A DNA stretch of 32,000 nucleotides from Cupriavidus necator. GTDB lineage: Bacteria > Pseudomonadota > Gammaproteobacteria > Burkholderiales > Burkholderiaceae. Under the pieces are notes generated by a model, which saw only the letters and a list, made by a program, of their open reading frames with translations, had not been told where the DNA came from and searched no databases. Positions within the stretch are counted from its first letter, which is position 1; each line of letters begins with the position of its first letter. This document shows, one piece after another, positions 25,907 through 32,000 of this stretch. The DNA is taken from the NCBI RefSeq assembly GCF_016127575.1, contig NZ_CP066019.1, positions 2,370,001-2,402,000 on the forward strand, given 5' to 3'. The position numbers and the translations under genes were made by a program.

Positions 25907-26839
25907 TCACGGCGGCGCCGGAGACAGCATCCCCAGCATGGCTACCAGGGCCATCACCAGCGCGGCGGCGCACGCCTCCAGCAGCAGGCTGCGCCGCAAC
26001 GCCAGCGTCGCCGCCCGATGCTCCCCGGCCTGCACCGCCAACGCCAGCCGCGGGCTCAGGCGGAAGCGGTTCGCGGCAGCCAGGCCAAGCATCGCCACGA
26101 ACAGCGCGAGTTTTGCGACAAGCAGCCCGCCATAGGACATCGGCGCAAGATCCGGCAGCGCCGGGCCCACGATGAACCAGTAGTTGAGCGCGCCGGTCAG
26201 CAGCAGCGTGGCAACAATGATGGTGCCGATACGGGCAAACCCGTTCGAGGTGCGGCTCAGCAGCACCACCGCCGCCCGGTCCGATACCGGCCGCGCCAGC
26301 GACAGCAGCACGAACGCGGCCAACGCGCCGACCCAGGCGCCGGCGGCCAGCAGGTGCGCCACGTCGGCGCTCAGGTGGAGATAGCGCAAGGCGCCCTCAT
26401 GCATCGCGCCGTGGCCGCCCCAGGCCAGCGTCGCCAGCGCAATCCCGCCGAACCCGGCCAGCGCAGTGAAGCGCGCGCCCGGCCGCCTGCGCCAGGACAC
26501 GCAGGCCAGCACGAACAGCAGCAGGGCCGCCAGGCGCACCGACCACGCCAGCCCGAAATCCGTCCCTGTGACGATCATGGCGAAGACGTGGGCCTGCAAC
26601 GCGGCGTAGTCGGACTCCCCTGTCATGGCCAGCGCCATCACCACAAGGGCAGCCAGCGAAAGCCCGATGCCGGCGATGGCGCAGCCCAGCGCAAGCGCCT
26701 GGCAACGCTTTGCAAAGCGTGAGGCCCGTTCCCCCCGATGCAGCGCATAGGTGCAGAACAGCGGCAGCCCGAACAGCAAGGCCAGGTCGAAATAGAGCGC
26801 CAGGCGCAGCCCGGCGGCCACCCAGTCCGGCTGCTGCAA
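25907..26839 (-). CDS. copD: Copper resistance membrane protein CopD
   Basis: 310 aa, about 8 TM helices, with a CopD-like sequence. The TTG start immediately follows the copC stop with no intervening nt. Confidence 0.87.
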   Translation of the reverse strand: MQQPDWVAAGLRLALYFDLALLFGLPLFCTYALHRGERASRFAKRCQALALGCAIAGIGLSLAALVVMALAMTGESDYAALQAHVFAMIVTGTDFGLAWSVRLAALLLFVLACVSWRRRPGARFTALAGFGGIALATLAWGGHGAMHEGALRYLHLSADVAHLLAAGAWVGALAAFVLLSLARPVSDRAAVVLLSRTSNGFARIGTIIVATLLLTGALNYWFIVGPALPDLAPMSYGGLLVAKLALFVAMLGLAAANRFRLSPRLALAVQAGEHRAATLALRRSLLLEACAAALVMALVAMLGMLSPAPP

Positions 26840-27226
26840 TCACTTCACCGTGAAGGCAATCTTGCCGTTGACGGGATGGGTATCGGACGACACCGCCCGC
26901 CAGTCCACCCGATAGCTGCCCGGCGGCAGCGGCTGCGTGGGCGTGATCACCATGGTCTTGGGGTCGTCGCTGCCGGAGACTTTCACGGCCATTTTCATCG
27001 GCGCATGGTCAGCCATGCCCGGCATGCCGGTCATCACCAGGTTGGCGCCGGAAAACTGGGTGACCAGGCTCTCGGAGAACTGCAGTTCGATCTTCTGCGG
27101 CGCGGCCACCTCGGCCTTGTCCGCCGGCGTGGACGACACCAGCTTCGGGTGCGCGAAGGCGATGCTGCTGGCCAGCGCGGCGGTTGCGGCAAGCAGGGTC
27201 TGGATCAGGGGGCGATTGGCATGCAT
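26840..27226 (-). CDS. copC: Periplasmic copper-binding protein CopC
   Basis: 128 aa. The signal peptide ends AFA|HPKL, giving mature His1. Met-rich loop MTGMPGMADHAPMKM. W..VSSDTHPV.G motif. Confidence 0.92.
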   Translation of the reverse strand: MHANRPLIQTLLAATAALASSIAFAHPKLVSSTPADKAEVAAPQKIELQFSESLVTQFSGANLVMTGMPGMADHAPMKMAVKVSGSDDPKTMVITPTQPLPPGSYRVDWRAVSSDTHPVNGKIAFTVK

Positions 27227-27261
27227 GGTTGTCTCCGCTTGGGGATGATGAAGTTGTGGTG

Positions 27262-28260
27262 TCAGAACCAGACCCGGACACCGGCGACGAAACGCGTTTC
27301 GCCCGCCTTGCCGCCAGAGGTCCGGATCATGTCGGCGGTATTGCCGAAGGTCTGGTAGCGCTCCACGCCGATATACGGCGCGAACTGCCGGCTGAACTCA
27401 TAGCGCAGCCGCAGCCCCACGGTGCCGTTGGACAAGCCGCTGCCGATGCCCACCTCCGGGTCGTTCTTGCCATAGAGGTTGGCTTCGATGCGTGGTTGCA
27501 GGATCAGGCGCTGCGTCAGCAGCAATTCGTATTCGGCGGACAGCCGCAGCGCGGTGCGGCCGCTGGTGCCGACATAGGCAGTGGCATCGACCTCGAACCA
27601 GTACGGCGCCAGCCCCTGCACCCCGAACGCCAGCCAGTTGCGCGCCGGGCGCCCGCTGCCGGTGTCGTTGCGCAGGCCCAGTTGCGTATCCCAGTAGCTG
27701 GCCACGGCGTGTCCCCACAGCAGCTCGGTGCGGGCCTCGTGCAGCTTGCCCTTCGACGCTTCGCCCTCGGCCTTGAGCACCAGCTTGTCGTAGCTGTTGC
27801 CGAACCACGCCTGCGCTTCATAGGCGGCGGCATTGCTGCCATTGGCGTGGGCCCACTCCAGGCGGTCGACCAGCACCGAGGCGAACAGGTGCTCGTCGGC
27901 CATCACCAGCTGGCGTTTGTCGCCCAGCGCGTACTTGCCGACGCCCAGCTGGTAGCCGCCGGAATAGGCATGCGGATCGCGGGCGTCGGGCGGCGCGCTG
28001 CCGCCCTGCATCTTCATGTCGCCGTGGTCCATGGCAGGGGCGGCCATGCCCTGCGTGTCCGGCGTCGGCGCACCGCCACCGTCCATGGTCTGGATCCCGT
28101 CCTGCTCCATGCCCTGCATCTGCCCATGGTCCATGCCCTGCATGGCGGCCGGGGCATCGTGCTGGTGCGCATGGCCGGCATGCGGGTCCTGCGCCTGGGC
28201 TGCGCCGATTGCGGTCAAGGCCAGCGCCACGGCCAGTATCGTCTTCTTGTGCCTGTGCAT
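27262..28260 (-). CDS. copB: Outer-membrane copper resistance protein CopB
   Basis: 332 aa from ATG 28260. ATG 28287, which overlaps the copA stop by 1 nt (TGATG), is an alternative. Signal peptide, a Met/His/Asp-rich region (MQGMDHGQMQGMEQ..MDHGDMKMQ), then a beta-barrel-like body ending ...RVWF. Confidence 0.87.
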   Translation of the reverse strand: MHRHKKTILAVALALTAIGAAQAQDPHAGHAHQHDAPAAMQGMDHGQMQGMEQDGIQTMDGGGAPTPDTQGMAAPAMDHGDMKMQGGSAPPDARDPHAYSGGYQLGVGKYALGDKRQLVMADEHLFASVLVDRLEWAHANGSNAAAYEAQAWFGNSYDKLVLKAEGEASKGKLHEARTELLWGHAVASYWDTQLGLRNDTGSGRPARNWLAFGVQGLAPYWFEVDATAYVGTSGRTALRLSAEYELLLTQRLILQPRIEANLYGKNDPEVGIGSGLSNGTVGLRLRYEFSRQFAPYIGVERYQTFGNTADMIRTSGGKAGETRFVAGVRVWF

Positions 28261-28286
28261 GGAGATTGCGAATTCAGGTTGAACCA

Positions 28287-30131
28287 TCACGCCACCACCA
28301 CTTCGCGGAACATGCCCGCATCCATATGCAGCATCAGGTGGCAATGCCAGGCCCAGCGTCCCAGCGCATCGGCGGTGACCAGGAAGCTGATGCGCTGCGC
28401 CGGCTGCACCGGGATGGTGTGGCGCCGCGCCTGGAAGCTGCCGTCCGGCGTTTCCAGCTCGCTCCACATGCCATGCAGGTGCATGGGGTGGGTCATCATG
28501 GTGTCGTTGTGCAGGATCACGCGCAGCCGTTCGCCGTGCTTGAAGTGGATCGGCGTCGACTTGCCGAACTCGACGCCGTCGAAGGACCAGGTGTAGCGCT
28601 CCATATTGCCGGTCAGGTGCAGCTCGACCTCGCGCCCGGGGCCGCGCGCATCCATGGCGCCGCCGATGGTGTGCTGGTCGGCCAGGGTCAGCACGCGCCT
28701 GCCGTTGTTGCGCAGGCCGATGCCGGGATCGTCCAGGTAGGTGCGGGCCATGTCGACGCGCATGTCGGTGCCCGGACCGTATTCGGTGCGGGCGTGGCGG
28801 GCGGTCTTGCTGGGGACCTTGAGCGGGTCGGCGGCGGCCATGGCGTGCTGGCTGTGGTCCATGCCGGCGTGGTCCATGCCCTGCATCGGCGTGGCGCCGT
28901 GCTGCATGCCGCCGTGTCCCGCATGACCGCCATGCCCGCCGTTGCCCGTCATCGCGCCCATCATGTCGGTCATGGTCAGCCATTCGGCCCGGTCTAGCGC
29001 GGGCACCGGCGCCGCCAGCCCTTCCCTGACCGCCAGCGTGCCGCGCGCATAGCCGGTACGGTCCATCGATTGCGCGAACAGCGTGTAAGCGTCGTCGCGC
29101 GGTTCGACAATCGCATCGCAGGTCTCGCCGGGGCCGAAGCGGAATTCATCGACCGTGACCGGTTCGATATCCTGGCCGTCGACCTGCACCACCCGCAGCT
29201 TCAGCCCGGGGATGCGCACGTCATAGAAGGTGTTGCCCGAGCCGTTGATAAAGCGCAGGCGCACGGTCTCGCCACGCCGGAACAGCCCAGTCCAGTTGCC
29301 GGCCGGCGTGACGCCGTTGGCCAGGTGCGTGAGCGTGGCGCTGGACAGGTCGGCCAGGTCGGTCGGGCTCATCCGCATCTGGTTCCACATGCTGCGCTTG
29401 TCCAGCGCCTGCTTCAGCCCGTCGCGCGAGACGTCGCGGAAGAAGTCGACCACGGTCGGCTGGTTGTAGTTGTAGTAGTCGCCCTGGACCTTGAGCTTGG
29501 TCAGCACCCGCATCGGATCTTCGTCGGTCCAGTCCGACAGCAGCACGGTGTGGTCGCGGTCGGCCCGCACACTTTCCTGGCCCGTGGCCGGATCGATGAC
29601 GATGCCGCCGTACACACCGGTCATTTCCTGGAAGCCCGAATGCGAGTGGTACCAGTAGCTGCCGGTCTGCGCGACCTTGAAGCGGTAGGTGAAGGTCTGG
29701 CCGGGCGGGATGCCGGCAAAGCTGATGCCCGGCACGCCGTCCATCTCAAACGGCAGGATGATGCCGTGCCAGTGGATCGAAGTGGCCTCGCGCAGGCGGT
29801 TGGTCACGCGGATGGTGACCGTGTCGCCCTCGCGCCAGCGCAGCGTCGGGCCGGGCAGCATGCCGTTGATGGTGGTGGCAATGGCCGGCTTGCCGGTAAA
29901 GTTGACCAGCGACTCGCCGATCACCAGGTCGAACTCGGTGCCGCGCAGGACCGGCGCCGAGCCGGAGCCGGCCGGGGCAGCCTGCCCGGCGCGCTGGCCC
30001 ACATGCTGCGCCCACGCGCTGCCGCCGACGCCAGCAAGGCTGGCCACCACGCCGCCGGCAACCAGCCCTTGCACGAAGCGGCGGCGGGGTAAATCGGGCA
30101 GCACAAGGCGGGTACTGGGGTGGCGTCGCAT
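28287..30131 (-). CDS. copA: Periplasmic multicopper oxidase CopA
   Basis: 614 aa from ATG 30131. Tat signal PRRRFVQG. Cu-site motifs HWHG, YWYHSHSG, HPMHLHG and HCHLMLHMDAGM. Internal Met/His-rich tract at 28833-28973. Confidence 0.93.
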   Translation of the reverse strand: MRRHPSTRLVLPDLPRRRFVQGLVAGGVVASLAGVGGSAWAQHVGQRAGQAAPAGSGSAPVLRGTEFDLVIGESLVNFTGKPAIATTINGMLPGPTLRWREGDTVTIRVTNRLREATSIHWHGIILPFEMDGVPGISFAGIPPGQTFTYRFKVAQTGSYWYHSHSGFQEMTGVYGGIVIDPATGQESVRADRDHTVLLSDWTDEDPMRVLTKLKVQGDYYNYNQPTVVDFFRDVSRDGLKQALDKRSMWNQMRMSPTDLADLSSATLTHLANGVTPAGNWTGLFRRGETVRLRFINGSGNTFYDVRIPGLKLRVVQVDGQDIEPVTVDEFRFGPGETCDAIVEPRDDAYTLFAQSMDRTGYARGTLAVREGLAAPVPALDRAEWLTMTDMMGAMTGNGGHGGHAGHGGMQHGATPMQGMDHAGMDHSQHAMAAADPLKVPSKTARHARTEYGPGTDMRVDMARTYLDDPGIGLRNNGRRVLTLADQHTIGGAMDARGPGREVELHLTGNMERYTWSFDGVEFGKSTPIHFKHGERLRVILHNDTMMTHPMHLHGMWSELETPDGSFQARRHTIPVQPAQRISFLVTADALGRWAWHCHLMLHMDAGMFREVVVA

Positions 30132-30189
30132 GTCATCAGTCCTGGTAGAAAGCATGCCAAGCGTAGCCAAGGCCACCCTACGCACGTCT

Positions 30190-30223
30190 GACCGGAACAT
30201 GACATTGCGGTAATCTTCCGGTC
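30190..30223. promoter_or_regulatory. Candidate CopR operator (cop-box-like) within an inverted repeat in the copA/copR divergent promoter
   Basis: gaccggaa (30190-30197) and ttccggtc (30216-30223) are perfect 8-bp inverted arms. They flank atgacattgcggtaat (30199-14), which has ATGACA / GTAAT half-sites. The site is about 60-90 nt from the copA start and about 75-105 nt from the copR start. Confidence 0.45.
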
Positions 30224-30296
30224 ATGTTGGCGCCCGCGTTGCCGGCGTAGAGTTGCCGGACCCTGCCCAAAGGGCCGATCGATCAAGGAAAGTGCT

Positions 30297-30992
30297 GTGA
30301 AACTGCTAGTGGTGGAGGACGAGTCCAAGACCGGCGAATACCTGCGCCAGGGGCTGACCGAGGCGGGCTTTGTCGTCGACCTGGTGGCCAACGGGCTGGA
30401 CGGCCAGCATCTGGCGATGACCGAGCCCTATGACCTGGTCATCCTGGACGTGATGCTGCCGGACGTAGATGGCTGGCGCATCGTGCAGGCGCTGCGCGCG
30501 GCGGAGATCGCCGTGCCGGTGCTGTTCCTGACCGCGCGCGACAGCGTGGCCGACCGCGTCAAGGGGCTGGAGCTGGGTGCGGACGACTACCTGGTCAAGC
30601 CCTTCGCCTTTTCCGAGCTGCTCGCGCGGGTGCGCACGCTGCTGCGCCGGGGCACGGCGCAGATGGCGCTGGACCGCATCCAGGTGGCCGACCTGGTGCT
30701 GGACCTGGGCCGCCGCCGGGCCACGCGCGCCGGGCGCCGCATCACGCTGACCAGCAAGGAGTTCGCCTTGCTGGAACTGCTGGCGCGCCGCCGCGGCGAA
30801 GTGCTGCCGCGCTCCTTGATCGCCTCGCAGGTGTGGGACATGAACTTCGACAGCGACAGCAATGTCATCGACGTCGCCATCCGGCGCCTGCGCGCGAAGA
30901 TCGACGATGAGTTCGAGCCCAAGCTGATCCAGACCGTGCGCGGCATGGGCTATGTGCTGGAAGCCCCCGAGGCAGCGGAGAACGCTGAATGA
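30297..30992 (+). CDS. copR: OmpR-family copper-responsive response regulator CopR
   Basis: 231 aa. GTG start with AAGGAAAG upstream. Receiver domain ([23 protein letters not shown]) and winged-helix output domain ([20 protein letters not shown]). Closely resembles CusR/CopR. Confidence 0.92.
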   Translation: MKLLVVEDESKTGEYLRQGLTEAGFVVDLVANGLDGQHLAMTEPYDLVILDVMLPDVDGWRIVQALRAAEIAVPVLFLTARDSVADRVKGLELGADDYLVKPFAFSELLARVRTLLRRGTAQMALDRIQVADLVLDLGRRRATRAGRRITLTSKEFALLELLARRRGEVLPRSLIASQVWDMNFDSDSNVIDVAIRRLRAKIDDEFEPKLIQTVRGMGYVLEAPEAAENAE

Positions 30993-32000
30993 AGGTCCGG
31001 ATGTCGCTGACGGCACGGCTCACCATCCTGTTCTCGCTGTCGTCGGCCGCGGTGCTGCTGGGGCTGGGCGTGCTGATCTGGCTGGCGATCGACAATCATT
31101 TCGCCGACGAGGACTACGCCGTGCTGGGCGACAACGTGCGGCTGATCCAGAAGATCGCGGGCGAAGGCCCGGCGGCGTCGCTGGCGCAACGACTGGGCCC
31201 GGTGCTGGAACACCATGCCGGATTCCTGGCCGAAGTGCGCGCCGCGGACGGCAAGCGCCTGTATGCCACGCAGGACTTCGACTTCGGCATGGCCCTGGCC
31301 GCCGCCGCGCAACTGCCGGCGCAGCGGCATGCCTTCACCTGGGAACAGGGTGGCCAGACCTACCGCGGCATGCGTGCGCTGGCGCAGGTGCCGCCCGGAC
31401 AGCCGGGGCCGCTGCAGGTCGTGGTCGGCATGGACACGGCACTGCATGCCCACTTCATGCACGCCTTCCGCCAGTCGCTGGCCTTCTACGCCGCGCTGGC
31501 CGCGCTGGCGAGCGGGCTGCTGGGCTGGTGGGCCGCGCGCCGCGGGCTCTCGCCATTGCGCACCATGGCCTCGCGCGCGCGCACTGTCACCGCGCACAAG
31601 CTCGACGAGCGCATGCCGGTCGATGCCGTGCCGGTGGAAATGGCCGACCTGGCCGCGACGCTCAACGCCATGCTGGAACGCCTGCAGCGCGATTTCGCGC
31701 GCCTGTCGGAGTTCTCATCGGACCTGGCGCACGAGCTGCGCACGCCGATCACCAACCTGATGACGCAAACCCAGGTGGTGCTGTCGCAGCCGCGCGATGC
31801 GGACAAGTACCGCGACGTGCTGGCGTCCAACGTGGAAGAGCTGCAGCGGCTGTCGCGCATGGTGTCGGACATGCTCTACCTGGCGAAGATGGAGCACGGC
31901 ATCACCCTGCCGAACGCCGAGCCGATCGAGGTCGCTGATGAGGTCGCTGCGCTGTTCGATTTCTACGATGCGTTGGCTGAGGACAAGGGTGTGCGCATGG
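30989..32000 (+). CDS. copS: Copper-sensing histidine kinase CopS (3'-truncated by the window edge)
   Basis: Frame 2 is open from ATG 30989 (ATGA overlap with the copR stop; ATG 31001 is an alternative) to the window end, so it is not in the ORF track. Features in order: N-terminal TM ([22 protein letters not shown]), periplasmic loop, second TM, HAMP, then the H-box [16 protein letters not shown] at about 31715-31760. Confidence 0.88.
   Translation, partial: MKVRMSLTARLTILFSLSSAAVLLGLGVLIWLAIDNHFADEDYAVLGDNVRLIQKIAGEGPAASLAQRLGPVLEHHAGFLAEVRAADGKRLYATQDFDFGMALAAAAQLPAQRHAFTWEQGGQTYRGMRALAQVPPGQPGPLQVVVGMDTALHAHFMHAFRQSLAFYAALAALASGLLGWWAARRGLSPLRTMASRARTVTAHKLDERMPVDAVPVEMADLAATLNAMLERLQRDFARLSEFSSDLAHELRTPITNLMTQTQVVLSQPRDADKYRDVLASNVEELQRLSRMVSDMLYLAKMEHGITLPNAEPIEVADEVAALFDFYDALAEDKGVRM

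Noticed and set aside
25907-32000. Whether the cop cluster or the hopanoid cluster sits on a mobile or genomic island
   Set aside because: No integrase, transposase, tRNA target, flanking direct repeats or clear GC shift is visible in this window. The only repeat element (15117-15295) is a small non-coding palindromic pair.
1-32000. Scan for rRNA, tRNA, CRISPR arrays and defence-system signatures
   Set aside because: I saw no cloverleaf-like conserved tRNA boxes, rRNA-like segments or regularly spaced direct repeats by eye. Apart from the truncated STAND ATPase at the edge, no gene resembles known defence modules. A tRNAscan, Infernal or CRISPR-finder run would be needed to exclude small RNAs formally.

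Overview
High-GC (~66-68%) betaproteobacterial chromosomal DNA. Gene content and protein sequences look most like Cupriavidus/Ralstonia (Burkholderiaceae); that assignment is inference only. I can support 28 protein-coding genes. I saw no rRNA, tRNA, CRISPR array, transposase or integrase. Layout: (1) 1-2427, a 5'-truncated STAND/AAA ATPase with TPR repeats. (2) 2492-6648, a LysR-centred electrophile/carbonyl detoxification island (OYE reductase, DkgB-type aldo-keto reductase, divergent LysR, second OYE paralog) with the same TTGAT-N5-ATCAA palindrome in both promoter regions. (3) 6964-8343, an APC-family amino acid permease. (4) 8424-22943, a ~14.5 kb hopanoid tailoring and export cluster: an unnamed di-iron ferritin-like gene coupled to hpnB; hpnA on the opposite strand; ispH-hpnH-hpnI-hpnJ-hpnK-hpnL; hpnM on the opposite strand; hpnN plus an MlaA/VacJ-like lipoprotein. 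No shc, hpnCDE or hpnG lies in the window. (5) 22953-24933, an FKBP isomerase and a TTC38-like TPR protein. (6) 24995-25894, a small secreted DUF6152-like protein whose mature N-terminus is His-His, plus a 4-TM partner. (7) 25907-32000, copDCBA divergent from copRS (copS runs off the window). Most interesting points: the di-iron protein coupled to hpnB (candidate unassigned hopanoid oxygenase/desaturase); a possible complete HpnN/HpnM/MlaA-like hopanoid trafficking route; a 179-bp inverted pair of palindromic repeat units between hpnI and hpnJ that is read through as a ~90-aa HpnI tail; hpnK lacking any canonical start codon ahead of its conserved ADDFG motif; and the His-His protein/membrane pair beside the cop genes. 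Many long antisense or off-frame ORFs in the track are high-GC artefacts.
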